Below are positions 1-13,194 of a DNA stretch of 64,000 nt, one piece after another. The DNA is from Euprymna scolopes (lineage: Eukaryota). Every line of letters begins with the position of its first letter. The first letter of the stretch is position 1. The notes beneath the pieces were generated by a model that was given only the letters and a program-made list of their open reading frames with translations, was not told the origin of the DNA and ran no database searches. The stretch lies in the NCBI GenBank assembly GCA_053919585.1, contig CM132794.1. One strand, 5' to 3'. The translations under genes and the position numbers were made by a program.

Positions 1-191
1 TTCAATCCCAATTTGTATTGATTAAATATTTTAACAGAATCAACAATTTACTGAATATTCCATTTATAACCTATTGTTCTTTAAAACTTATCTCCAGGGT
101 TCGATTCCCGTTTTCTCTAATTTTATTTTCATTTATTAATTCTCTTTATTTTTACTTACATGAAAAAAGGGACACGCCTTTTCATGTAACA
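1..191 (-). mobile_element. LTR (3' LTR of a minus-strand LTR element, cut by window edge)
   Basis: 1-191 is nearly identical to 2887-3077 and ends TGTAACA. It is followed by TCCCTTCTTTCC (192-203), a polypurine tract on the minus strand. Confidence 0.75.
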
Positions 192-2467
192 TCCCTTCTT
201 TCCATATTTAAAAAAAAATGTACGCATTTTTTAAATAAGTACATTTTTATTGTATATATATCTACACAGCCCTTGGCTAAGAAAGATCAGGCTAAAAAAA
301 TCCTTTAGTCAGCCCTTTCCAACTGACTTCACAATTATTTTTTTTCTTTATTAGATCAGACCCTCTTTGATCTTCTTGGCATTACTTTTTGGGTGTAGGG
401 TATTCCTCCCCTGATCCACGTCAGCTGCTTTATCCAGCCACCCTTATGCCGTAAACTAAAGGTCTCACTTTACCTCTTTCAAAATTGACGACTCCTTTCG
501 TCACAAAAGTACCCTGATCGTATCCTCTGCCCGATTGTTCTATTAAGTATGGCTTTGTTTCTATTTTTTAACTATCTTATCTTCTTGGGACATACTCAAA
601 GCTCATTTACTTAAATCTTTGTGGTTGGCTTCTTAAGTTTAAAATATTCCTTTTTTTCACACTGATTCATTTGGACCTCCCTGCCTGGACTCTCAGAACC
701 TGACGAAGATCCAGAAAATATCAGCCTTAACTAACTAACACCTATTGCGCCACAACACCTTAATTGCGCACTAAATTCTATCTAATAGCCCGATTTTTTG
801 TGGTTTTTCTTTTCTCTCATCAGAGCTTCCAAGATCCAGCAGATATATCCCACATTACTGCATCTCTACTAAGAATTACAAGGTTATATATTCTTACGCA
901 CCTACGGTATATTTTTGCTTTTCACTCACCTCATTAAGCTATATGTGATTAAGCTTCGGGCTGTCATCGCCCTTTTTTCATAAGGATTTTCGTATCATTT
1001 CTAACGCCTGTCTCTAATTAATTAAGCCAAGTCTTACCTCCTGCTTGGAATCGTCATGTGCGACCAGCATTTTTTAAGTTCTTAATTACCACAGGTTCCC
1101 ATATTTATTTTTTCGAATTAGGGGCACGTCTTGTGCTTATCATCTCCCTACCAAGTTACTCCTCTTGGGAAAAATTTTATGGGATCATAAAAAAAACAAA
1201 AACCAATTGTCAAAAAAATATCTTTCTTTCGGCTTATCACATCTGAAAACTCTCTAAATACCCGTTTATGTAATTTATTTTGTCCCATCTCTAAAGTTCT
1301 AACTGATTTCTAAGCCAACCATTCGTCTTAGTTTTTTTTCTCCTAGATCATTTTAATTCTATTGTATATATCTAATAATGACTTTGAATTCCTGTCGCAA
1401 AAAAACATTACATTTACATACATTTAAGACATTTTGCAATATAAAAACATTTTCAAAAAATACGTCACATTATACATTTCTAAGTCCGTTAACACAAAAT
1501 ACATTGTCCCTTTTTTTTCAAAGACAAACAATTAAAACGCACATTAAAAAGCTGCAAAGTTCAACAGTTTCACATTTCTGCATCTCTCTTTTTGACTATA
1601 GCGTATTTTATTCCATTTTTTATATAATAACACAAGTTTTAAAAGTACATCCGACTTTGACACAACATTGTTACAATGATTGACAGCTGAACTTTAAAGA
1701 AAATCTGCTTTGACCGCATTTACAATAACATGCACGGTGACTTGTTTTTACTACTATTTATTTTTTTTTCATTCATTACTACAGATTTCTTTTGCGGCAT
1801 ATCGGCCTTCTTTTTTTAACTATTTCTTGTATACTTTTGTTCCTTGTGTGTGCTCAATTTTTTTCAATACTGCGTGTGTGTGAATCGTTCTCTTTTTTTT
1901 CTTAATCATTGTTTTATTTCGTTTTGCATTTTTTTCTTTTTCGCATTCTGTTATCGTCTAGTAAACGTTGTGTTTTTTGTTTTGTTTTTTTCGTGGTAAC
2001 GCCAGTGTCTTTTTTTTAAAACCCACCCTTGTATGAGTGGACTAGTCACGTACACCAAATTTCATATATGTTATGTACTGTCTTATTATTAAAAGATGAC
2101 GTATGTATTTGTATTGTTCTTTGTGAGAGTCTTACGAGATATTAGTGTTGAGTAAGAGATGTTCATGTTGTAAGAAGAGATGAGAGATATTAGCATTGTT
2201 AGAGAAGAGATGTGGACATTATCACGTATATATAAAGAGAGGGAAATATAAATACATTTTGGAGAAGATTTGATATCTTGATAGATAGACTGATAGATTG
2301 GCATTTATACCGATAAATTGAGAGGTTGACATTTATGCTTTTGACAGTTCTGTTTGAACGGGAGTGTTTATATAACATAAATAGACACATTTACTTTCTA
2401 ACACATATATATTTTTTAGATGATTTTCAAATGGTTTTTTACACATAAATAGACAATACCTTTTTCA
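192..2467 (-). mobile_element. Internal region of a non-autonomous or decayed LTR retroelement
   Basis: Lies between two LTR copies with a PPT at one end. No gag/pol ORF recognisable. Confidence 0.5.
2069..2403. mobile_element. Solo LTR nested in the LTR element
   Basis: TGTTA...TAACA termini, flanked by the 6-bp direct repeat CATATA (2063-2068 and 2404-2409), with an internal TATATAAA. Confidence 0.65.
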
Positions 2468-3077
2468 TGTAATGATGGACACAGGAGACGGCAGTTATAA
2501 AAACCATGATGAGCATTTATTCCTTCCACTTGACCGGTCAATGGCCTGCATCCAGGAATTCAAAGTTTCTTTTACATTTTCTTTTTCTAACCCTCTCGCT
2601 TCCAGACGGTGGCAAGGTTCGAACTGGTCGGACTCTCGTCTGACTCTCTGACTCTCTTCTGACTTCTTCTCTTAACTAACTAACTCTCACTTCTTATATT
2701 GAGAAATCCATGCATGTCCGGCCAACGTGACCACGATTCACGTGCCATCAACATGCGCGACCTGCACGCGTCGAAACATTCTGATTTCCCATTTTTCCTT
2801 TGTTGTTTTCACAAAGGAATTCAACCTACTTATCCAATTCATATAACCCATATTTTATTATCCACATTCTTTTAACAATGAATAGTTTCAATCCCAATTT
2901 GTATTGATTAAATATTTTAACAGAATCAACAATTTACTGAACATTCCATTTATAACCTATTGTTCTTTAAAACTTATCTCCAGGGTTCGATTCCCGTTTT
3001 CTCTAATTTTATTTTCATTTATTAATTCTCTTTATTTTTACTTACATGAAAAAGGGGACACGCCTTTTCATGTAACA
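2468..3077 (-). mobile_element. LTR (5' LTR of the minus-strand element, ~610 bp; left boundary tentative)
   Basis: TGTAATG...TGTAACA termini. The last 191 bp duplicate 1-191. It abuts an integrase remnant directly. Confidence 0.6.
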
Positions 3078-3791
3078 ATCAGAGGTAACTATCAACTTCC
3101 TACATGAACTAGTAGACTGCATTGTTACAGACAATGGAACGCAATTTACGTCTAACCGAATTTAAACATTTTTGCGCGGATTATCTAATTGAGCGTATAA
3201 CTATTCCGCCATACCACCAAAGAAGTAATGGACAAGCAGAAAAGTTCGTTGATACATTCAAGAGAGCTCTGAAAAAAGCTAGTGGGTTGCCGACGGATAA
3301 GTCAATCCAACAGTGTTACAAGTCTACAGAGTCACTTCGAATGCAAACATCGAAATGTCGAAGACACCTGCTGAGGTTATATTCGGACGCAAGGTTAGAT
3401 CGATTTTTCGCAAGTTGTTACCAAACCAGGATAGGCCAAACCTCAAAAAACCGATAACAAAAAACGGTGTAATGTTGGTGAAAGAGTCTTCTACAAGATT
3501 CACAAAAATAATAAGATTTTCTGGGAGTCCGGCATTGTTGAGAAACAAATAGGCAACATGGTCTACATGATTAAGGGACCAGACTTCGTGCACAAACGTC
3601 ACACTAACCAAATTCGGAAAAGATACTCGATCAGTGAGGTGACCAGATTGCTCGAGGAGGACATCATGGACACAGTGTTTGATACTTTTCAGGTGCCCAT
3701 ACCAGAGACAGCTCCGGAGAACAGAAGATCAAACAGAAAATGGAAATCAACAGAATTGATTAGGGTGAACCCAAAACAAAAACGTTATTAA
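3078..3791 (+). pseudogene. Gypsy-type integrase remnant (rve core and C-terminus), frameshifted
   Basis: Motifs IVTDNGTQFTS, PPYHQRSNGQAEKFVDTFKRAL, TPAEVIFGRK and HKRHTNQIR are spread over several frames. Confidence 0.85.
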
Positions 3792-3819
3792 TCCCAGACG
3801 GGATATTTTCAAAGGGGGG

Positions 3820-4048
3820 TGTTATACCGGCCTTCCTTGAACAGAGGAATTTACACCGATTATCACTATAAATAGCTCTAGTAATTCCAACACCGGTGAG
3901 AGAGATGCGACTGCACTTCAACTGCTAGCCGAGTGCCCAGCAAATATACACGCTTTCCTATCTTTATACATTATTGTTAATACACTTGTTCCTTAACCGA
4001 ATCTCGACTTGATTATTCTTATTTTCATTGTTGTTCCATGCCGCAACA
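3820..4048 (+). mobile_element. 3' LTR of the Gypsy element
   Basis: PPT AAAGGGGGG (3811-3819) directly precedes TGTT...AACA. Internal TATAAATA. Confidence 0.75.
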
Positions 4049-4340
4049 CTAATAAAAGCATGAAAGGGATATAATTGGGGATTTTATTGAAGGCAGACGA
4101 GTGCCGTACATTGTTATTACATATGTGTATATGGAAAAATTATGGATTACAATAGAAAAATGCGAGCATGTAAATATGGTTAAGCTTAAACATGAAAAAG
4201 TTGTTAAAACTGGAAAAGAAAAATACAAAATATCTTAAAATTAAAAATTGACAGAGTAGTTTGGTAGAGAAATGTACACACGTAGACACACACAGACAAT
4301 TTGGGCGGTTGGGTTTCGATACTGGTTTGACGCAGTTGCC

Positions 4341-4396
4341 TGTCTAGCCACACTGATGAGCTGTTAAACAGCGAAACAGTACTGTATGTGGATGAC

Positions 4397-4400
<4 letters not shown>
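4341..4400 (+). ncRNA. Type I hammerhead ribozyme
   Basis: Stem I CCACA/TGTGG extended by TGTC/GACA across an internal loop, core CTGATGA, stem II GCTGT-TAA-ACAGC, GAAA, palindromic stem III ACAGTACTGT. Predicted cleavage after GUA (A4386). Confidence 0.88.

Positions 4401-4452
<52 letters not shown>
4400..4452. repeat. (TA)n microsatellite; similar tracts near 11600, 13150, 16420, 17968, 21275, 22600, 31006, 41510, 46897, 47095, 52365
   Basis: Direct inspection. Confidence 0.95.
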
Positions 4453-4455
<3 letters not shown>

Positions 4456-5327
4456 CACAGTATTTCACTCTTATTTGGAAGAGTAGCGGATTGGCTTTTA
4501 CATAATTAATCGTTGTGTAAATAAAGTTTCATTGTTTATTTATGTCTGAATAAACCCACCATCTGTTTGTGCTTTGTGATACTATCTCTTATTTTGACGA
4601 AAATTAATATTTCATTTATTTTACATTTCTCCTTCGGTGAATATAGCCTACGTTTGGCTACGTTTTAATGACAGCTTTTTAAAAAGACATTAATATATGT
4701 CGTCAAGTTGCAGAAAATAAATAACATAAATAGTTTTATTTCGGCTCTGTTTTTAAGCAACGCAAATAATCATCCGTTATGACAGTTGCCATTTTTCATT
4801 TTCTTGCTAATATAAACACAGTCATCGAACTCGCCAACCAACAATATTGAAGCGCAAAATGAACGTGATAACACAAGGAGCAATACTAATGCGTAACGCC
4901 TCACATAAATGGATGACGCCATAACGCTAAATGTTTTGATCATAAATACAGGGTGCCACAAATACTACTAGCATCTTTTCGCATTAGATATAGTGTATGG
5001 CGCCCATAGGTTTTCGGTCCCTCTAAACCTTAAACGATCATCACATATGTCTTTGTTAGAACTCGAAATTGGTTAATACCACGTTGTCTATCTTTTTTTG
5101 GAAATACTTCTAATATTGTATTGATTATTCCTACTTGCGTGCTTGTGTAATGATCCTTTTGGATAGTGGGTTTGCTGCCTGAAATCAAAGACCCTTATAA
5201 ATACTTTCTTTGGAAGAGAGACGAGATTCTTTCCACTTGATCGTCGTTCCAATTCACTAACCAAAAGTTTAGGAGAAATTTTTAAATTAGCATATTTACC
5301 CGTGTAATGCATCCAAAGAGTTTAGAC

Positions 5328-5329
<2 letters not shown>

Positions 5330-5364
<35 letters not shown>
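5330..5364. repeat. (CT)n microsatellite
   Basis: Direct inspection. Confidence 0.95.
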
Positions 5365-5367
<3 letters not shown>

Positions 5368-7966
5368 CTCCTTTACAGTTGTATAATATCACTTACGTTT
5401 ATATCAGCTTCCCCAGTATAGCAATCCAATCTTCTAGTTAAGTGTATTGATCTTGACCGAGCTTAAACTTCATGTTTATTTCTAACTACCTAATTAATAG
5501 ATGAGCAGGTGTACTTGTCCCATATTAAACATCTTTAAACATTACCATTGTCTGATTATGGTAAGATAAGATAGGGATATGTAATGATAAGGTTACAATA
5601 TTAAATTAAGAAGAGTGAATAGTAAACATTTCGTATTTTAATTTACGTATCAGCTCCATCGCCCGGCAGTAATATCATAAGCACAGGAAGTCGATAAACT
5701 GATATGGCGAAAAGGAAGACTAAAATGGCATATATATCAAGATAGAGAGAAAGAGAGAGTATGTAGTAGTTCTGATAGATACTGTCTGCCATATGACGGA
5801 GAGTCTGGCTGTCTTATGCGTATGCATATATGCTATGAAAAAGTATGAAATCTATAAAATATTCCTTAAATTCCACTGTCATTTGTATTAATAACGTTAT
5901 GAAAGCTGTTACTGAAAAGAAGATTACGACAGAAATAAGAGAAAATTGAGCCCGAAACACTGCAATCCAAAAAGGATTATTGGGGTTTAGGTAAAAGTAT
6001 TATCATTCAAAAATTAAAATCTGTGTATTAAAAAAGCCCATTAAGTACAAGTAAATTTCAGCATTGTTTAACAGGGTGGTTCTGGGAAATCTATTGGCGT
6101 AAAGATGTATATATAAAAAAGAAGTCAGCAACAAAGAAACGAGAAAATAGGAACCTCTCCACTGCCAATACAGAAATGCAGTTGGCTGATTTTGTCGGCG
6201 AAGTGAGTAGGTTCATTAAAATGGGAGGGGCGCGTCAGAAATGAATATTTCTGTTTAGAGTACAATTGAACTATGATACTTGACGCTTGTACTTTAAACT
6301 TTAATTCAAGCCATTATATAAAATAATGTTATAAAATCAATAGTGAAACATGTGAAGCCCTTCCCCGCCCCCACACCTGACTAAACCATGCACTTCATGA
6401 TTGGATTGAAAAATGGGTGATTTCGTCGATTTAGATGGCAATAAAATATGAGAGGGTGAAACATTTGTTGATTCTCATTCAATTCCGGGCAAATTTGGAT
6501 CTCCCTACAAGTGTTATATATTGTATATTAGTAAGGAGTAAAGGTAAATAAAAAGTTAAAAACGATTAATTCTACCTAGAATTTCTTGAAAGATCAAAAA
6601 CTTTTATCATTCAAAATGCATTAAAACTTAAATTGTTGGACACTCGTGGCCTTCACAAAACTCCTCTAGCCACAGACGACAGGAATCTAAAACAAAAATC
6701 ACAAGAGATCAAAATATAAAATATGGCAAGTATGGGAACACATCGGCAAAAATCTAAAACGGAAATGAGATCAATTTACATATTGGGAGCCTTGGAGATT
6801 TCGATTTGAAACGGAGCGAGACAGGCATTTTAATCTATGACCCGAAAATAGCTAATGATAAGCTAAACTATCTTCCTAGATGTGTTAAAGTTTGTGTCTA
6901 AGGTAAATAATTATCTATATATTTTGAGTATAAATGTTTTCGAATTATTCAACTAACGATCACATACTCTCCTATGGCGAATTCGTACTAGATATATTCA
7001 TAAGCCGGTAGTACTATTCACCTATTAACTTTTTTTTAGTAAGACTGACTTCACTAAAACTACATAGCAAGGTCCCAAAGAATTTAGTCAATATACAACA
7101 AAACACGTAAAAAAGATAGGAGTGCAACTTGGGTTTAGTCGTGAAAAAAAAACTCCGCAAGGCCCTGGTGATCTCCGCATTTTTTTCAGTGGTTTAGTAA
7201 ATGTCCTACCTCCTCGGTCAGTTCAGAACCGTCGCGACTCTTTGGTGAAGCGCCTTCTGATGTAAACACCGCCATTTTGCAATTTCGGTTTGTTTGGTTC
7301 CCTGCGGTCTATATTTTTATTTTGTATTTATTTGTATTTATTTGTGCTTCCATGTCATAGAAGATTTTGTAACTTTCATTTCCAAGTACTACCTCGGTTT
7401 CGTGCCTGTACCATTCGCATGCGTATTGAAAAATGTAGTTGTTTACATAATTCAGTGTTTTACCGTTCCCGCACAATTGGATATGTTCTTGTATTATTTT
7501 AGTTTATTTTGCTTCTTTCATCTTTTTATCTACAGAGTCTATATGTATATTTTCACTTTTGCCAATTTTATCTTTGATATAGTAACTACTAATCGCATTG
7601 TCATTTGTTCCTGCCTCTGTTTCTTGTGTTTATGGTGCCCTTCTCGTAGCCATGTTGAAGTCATTCTCTTATCATTTTTATGAATCTTTCGTGTAGTTTA
7701 TTATCTTCCACTTTGTTTATCATGCTATGTTTTCTTTATTGTTTATTCTTATGGTTTCTCTTGCTGCAAGGATGAGACTTTCTGTGTTCTGACTTGTATA
7801 TTTCTTATTCTTTATTCTTTATTCTCACATAGTCCGTTTCCTACGTCGTTCCTTTTTCATATAGAGTTTGTCAATATTATCCTTCAGGTGGAGAGCACCG
7901 AATACGATCATTAGTTACATGGTCTTCTAATTATGATGGCTCAGTTTTGTTTTCTCAGCTTATGAA

Positions 7967-8767
7967 TCTATATATCTAAAAAAGTGTAAATGTCTGTGTG
8001 TGTCTGTCTGTGTGTGTACAGTTCCCTACCAAATAACTCTGTCAATTTTCGGTCTATAGACTCAAGATTTGACATAAGAGGTATTGAGATTTGGGAAAAT
8101 CTTTTTAATCGGGATTCGGCCAGGAATTTCGTTGTAAAGGGGTCAAAATCAACGATTTGACCTTTGAGAACTCTACCAAACTCCACCGCCAAAACGTGTA
8201 AACACTTGAAATTTTCGATATAGGTTACTTGGACATAGATCTAACTTTATTGTTTGATTTAAGCCCAAAACAATAAATGTGAAGGTGTCATAATTGGAGG
8301 CAAAGCTTTAAAAAAAATGACCTCAGCGGTCTCTACCAAATTACTCAGCCAATTTTTGCTCTAAACATTTGAATTTTTACATAAAATGTATTCAGACATT
8401 TCGGGCGAAAATTTTGTTGGCAAAAAGTCAAAGTTTACAGAGGTGACCTTTGCAGACTCTACCAAACTCCTCGGCCAATTTTGGGTCTAAACACTTGAAA
8501 TTTTAGATGTAGGTTACTTGGACATGGTTCAAACATTTTAATTCAATTTGAGCCCAAAATAATAAATGTTAAGGGGTTAAAATTGGGGTGAAAGTTTAAA
8601 AAAATTGATGTCTGCGATCTCTACTAACTTTTCTCTATGGTAGTTAAGGAAGCCTATTATATAGAAAGGCATTACCGTACATATTCACACTTTTTAATAT
8701 ATATATGCACATAGACCTATGAACAGTACATAGGGCCCGAGCAAAACCAGACGGAACTGCTAAGTAG
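7967..8767 (+). mobile_element. Non-autonomous Helitron-like element
   Basis: A|TCTATATATC 5' end, (GT/GTCT)n tract, duplicated internal blocks and a degenerate hairpin plus CTA(A)G 3' end. Homologous to the minus-strand copies at 34204-35855. Confidence 0.7.
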
Positions 8768-10355
8768 TCTATACTATTGTACTGGTAATACTTTATTCAT
8801 TTTGCTAGGTTCCTGTTATATACTTAGTTTCTAGGAGTTTGTATTGATTTTGGCAGGTATAGTTTTCCCATCTTCTTTTACATAGTTTTTATTAAATAGT
8901 ACCGTTTCCAGAAGTTATATGTACGGTGTTATTGCAAAAACGCTGATGTAAAACCAAGATCACTAATTGATTCCACGTAAAATTTTACTTAAAAAGTTTT
9001 ATTATCCTGACATTTGATTTAATCTCCGACTAGCAATACATACCGATATCTTATATGAAAACAATGTTGTTGTATTCTCAGATAATTCTATTGTTGATAC
9101 AATGTATTTGAAATCAAAGTTTTTTTTATAATTGTTATTCGGAAATTTCCAGAAATAACAGATGGTGTTGATCTAAGATTTACGATAAGTGCGTATTCTC
9201 AATATGGATTACTGCCTTCTGTTTACAAGTATTTATCATGCCAATCAAGTTATGAATGAATGCGAGACATTTCGCCTTTCTAGACCGAAAGAATCTTTTT
9301 TCGGTTTATTTGAAGTTTTGTTATCTATATCATTACTGTTTTATTTTTTTTCCTTGAAAATATGTTTTTCCGTATTTTACAACCTTTGACTGAATTAGGT
9401 ACCCCAAAAATGAGATTCTGCCTCTTATGATAATTATTTGTGAACACTTAGAAGAATGTTTCTCTAGATAAGAGTTGAAAGTAAATAAATTTGATATATG
9501 TAACGTACAGTAAACAACAATTTCGTATCATTAAAAATCCGAACAAAGTTCCATTTGAATGCAATTCAGGATAAACCTTTAATGTCTTCGGTTTCTCTAT
9601 ATAAGGATTATGCTGACATCAAATTTGGCGCATGCGAATATTAAAGAAAATCCTTGCTATATTACACGATTATTTGTTTGTTTTTTGTTGTATACCGCCA
9701 ACATGGTAGATGATTAGGACATATATATTAAGGAAGATTATATATATATATATATATATATATGGGGGGGGGTTGTGTATAAGTAAAATCCGGTTGGAAT
9801 AGTGTCGATTTAAAGGATTATATCTTAGAAATTGTTATAAAATCCGTGTTTGTAGAATTAAAATAGAATTGGAAAAACGATATCGCTACATATTTTTTTA
9901 ATTTTAAATTATCGCGTATGAGAAAATGATAAAAATCCAGATTTAAAAGATGTGAGTTCGATTTTAAAGTGAGCAAATCATAATTTTCAGAGAGACAGAA
10001 TTTTATACAGCCTATATTATGCAAATTCCTTAAAAAAACATTCAATCTGGTATTTTCTGTTTTCTTATGTCTCTACGTTTTAGTGGAGTAGAAGTATTTT
10101 ATCTAAGATTCATACAAAACTTTGGCTTTTAGATCCAATCCTTAATAGTATGGAGGTAGAACTAATGTAGTTATTGTTATCGGAATTTATATTGTCTAGA
10201 GTTTTATCCAACATCGAAGTTCATATATTCTTCCGCCATGATATTTTCAGCTAAGCCAATTGGAAAGAACCCTGTTTTCTAGTGGTTGTGAAATTTTACG
10301 TCAGATAATATGTTATGTTTATTAACCATCATTTATGAAAGTATCATGCGTATAT

Positions 10356-10739
10356 NNNNNNNNNNNNNNNNNNNNNNNNNNNNNNNNNNNNNNNNNNNNN
10401 NNNNNNNNNNNNNNNNNNNNNNNNNNNNNNNNNNNNNNNNNNNNNNNNNNNNNNNNNNNNNNNNNNNNNNNNNNNNNNNNNNNNNNNNNNNNNNNNNNNN
10501 NNNNNNNNNNNNNNNNNNNNNNNNNNNNNNNNNNNNNNNNNNNNNNNNNNNNNNNNNNNNNNNNNNNNNNNNNNNNNNNNNNNNNNNNNNNNNNNNNNNN
10601 NNNNNNNNNNNNNNNNNNNNNNNNNNNNNNNNNNNNNNNNNNNNNNNNNNNNNNNNNNNNNNNNNNNNNNNNNNNNNNNNNNNNNNNNNNNNNNNNNNNN
10701 NNNNNNNNNNNNNNNNNNNNNNNNNNNNNNNNNNNNNNN
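10356..10739. other. Assembly gap (others at about 14025-14156, 29705-29862, 32224-32508, 33996-34203)
   Basis: Runs of N. Confidence 1.
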
Positions 10740-11598
10740 CGTCGCATACATGAGAACAACATTCCATCAATCACGGTACTCGATCGTTTGCTTGCGTCAT
10801 CATATGAGTGGTTATACTGATTTATTTGCTAAAGACCTCCTGATGATAGTAGTATAAGGCTCGCTAAAACGTGTACACTATTACAGTTCCTCGTTCATCG
10901 GAGCAGCCCATTTTCCAGTTGTCACGAATGATCTACCGTAGAGAATAGAGGAAGTTTTGTTGAATATTTGCTCCTCTAGCTACACGGTGTTATGCATATG
11001 GCGCCGTGTATTAATGGTCTGAAATCTGCACATTTACCACATATAAAATCTTGTGTATTAACATCGTTTATATATTCACCAGTGACAATAAAGAATCAAT
11101 TCATCTTAAAATATTTCTATAGAAATGAAAGTGAATCTGATAAGTATATGTATCTGTGCTTGTAAACAATGGAGTTGTGAATGACACGGGTACACACACA
11201 TACACACATACATGCATACATGCATACACACACGCCCCCATATATAATGTGTGTATATAATAATGAGAAAAACAACGTATTAATCAAGTAGGAATCAACT
11301 ACGAACATGAACATCAGACTTCGTTATAAGACATGGCACCACGTCTTGGGTAACAAAGGACTCAATATCGGATAAAACTATGTAAATAATTTATTATAAT
11401 AACATGTATTTAGCTTAACACTTAACGGCACTTTCACGCTATCAACGTCATCAGAAAAATATTTGTTTATACACGCGGCGTACATAAATAGTCAGAATTC
11501 TTTTATTCATGTCATGTCAGTAAGTTGCATTTCTGATAATTAGTAATATCACAAAGCTACGAAAAATTGTAAAACTAAGTTTATTTGATTACCGTTTA

Positions 11599-11646
<48 letters not shown>

Positions 11647-11991
11647 TAACAAATGTTTACTGACCTCAGAGAATGGTATTATGAGCGAACATATACTTCA
11701 CTCAAATCAACGGAGGAAGTAATACCAAGGATGAAAGGTATAATGACGAAATGACATGTAATACACTTTTCCATAAAAGTTTGTTCGATGATGAACCACG
11801 GAAAATTCTGTGTAGCTTAATTATATTTTCACAGTTTATCCCCAAGTTTTGCTTAAGTATTGAGCAATGGTGTATTGAGCAATGAAGGTAGATACATGAA
11901 TTTTCATATAGATACATGAAATTATATATATATATATATGAATTAATAACATGAGTGAAGTTGATTAGATAAATGAGAAATTGTAAAAAAC

Positions 11992-12165
11992 AGAGAAAAT
12001 ATTACAATTATAACAGAGTAAAAATGTTACAATTATTATAGCAGAGTAAAAATGTTACAATTATTATAGCAGAGTAAAAATGTTACAATTATTATAGCAG
12101 AGTAAAAATGTTACAATTATAACAGAGTAAAAATGTTGCAATTGTAACAGAGTAAAAATGTTGCA
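11992..12165. repeat. Minisatellite, 25-28-bp unit CAGAGTAAAAATGTTACAATTAT(TATAG), ~6 copies
   Basis: Unit starts at about 12014, 12042, 12070, 12098, 12123, 12148. Confidence 0.9.
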
Positions 12166-12657
12166 TTACATCAGAGAAAATATCATGAAGGAAAACTAAT
12201 GTATTGCGGTTAATAAATAAAATAACCTTTTGAAATCTTGGTAAGTGACAAGTTTGAAGGAAAATAGTGAGAGACATAAACATTAAGCCCCAGGGGTTAT
12301 TAATTTTGCTTAAATAAGAAAGTGCTTGAATAGATTAATATAAATTGCTTCAAAACTTAAAGATAGAAAAATGAATGATGTAAACTGATACATGTTCAGC
12401 GCTGTTCATGACGTTTTGGCATATAGCTGACCAGAATGTGTTTAGTCAATCGTATTGCAGAAAAATTGGTGTTTGACTCTGTTCCCAAACATTTACACCA
12501 TTTTACCTGTATATTCGGCAGCGCATCAATATTTAAATTCATCAATAATATTGCTAAATATGATGGTGAAATATCCTTGTGCACAAGTATTGATAATAGT
12601 TGAACAGTGAACAAGCTTAATAACACCGATGTACATCTGCATACATTTTTGTCGACG

Positions 12658-12719
12658 ATATTTGAGCTTTAAATATTTGATCTTTAAATATTTGATCTTT
12701 AAATATTTGAGCTTTAAAT
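12658..12719. repeat. Short tandem repeat ATATTTGA(G/T)CTTTAA, 4 copies
   Basis: Direct inspection. Confidence 0.85.
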
Positions 12720-12949
12720 GTCTAGAAACAAGCCATTGCATTACACATATTCGATTCTAAAGGCAATTTTTTCAGAAAGAGAGAACAAAAACATTCTTTT
12801 CAGGATACATACGTTCCAGATATTTCCAAACAATGTAATTGTGATTTTATGTACTTTCATTAAATCAAATACACTGAGGAAGTCTTTTAAATGAAGACTA
12901 AACGTTGATGAATTTACAAATAATATTTTAATTTTTACACACACACACG

Positions 12950-12995
<46 letters not shown>

Positions 12996-13021
12996 CTTTT
13001 ATTTATTTTTACATAAACATT

Positions 13022-13146
13022 TAGGTATCGCTACACAATCATGACTATGTTTCAGTAAACTAGTTATAGATGTTTCTTTTAGAAAAAGTGAATCTCTAGT
13101 TGTTTTTAACTAGTTAACTGAAAATACTCATGATTGTGTAGTGATA

Positions 13147-13150
<4 letters not shown>
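13022..13150. mobile_element. Small MITE-like fold-back element
   Basis: TAGGTATCGCTACACAATCATGA... is inverted at ...TCATGATTGTGTAGTGATACCTA. Arms ~45 bp, TA at both ends. Confidence 0.65.

Positions 13151-13194
<44 letters not shown>

Noticed and set aside
698-725. CTGACGA..GAAA
   Set aside because: No stem II or stem I/III pairing.
7190-7700. Possible host promoter or exon (CpG-richer patch with CGCCATTTT; 129-aa hydrophobic ORF)
   Set aside because: The ORF is low-complexity T-rich with no recognisable domain; nothing else supports a gene.
10310-10820. Long ORFs spanning N runs (also near 14000, 29700, 32200, 34000)
   Set aside because: Artefacts of assembly gaps.
10836-10880. CTGATGA...AAAAC-GTGTACAC possible hammerhead
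   Set aside because: The essential G of GAAA is missing and stem I is not evident; at best a relic.
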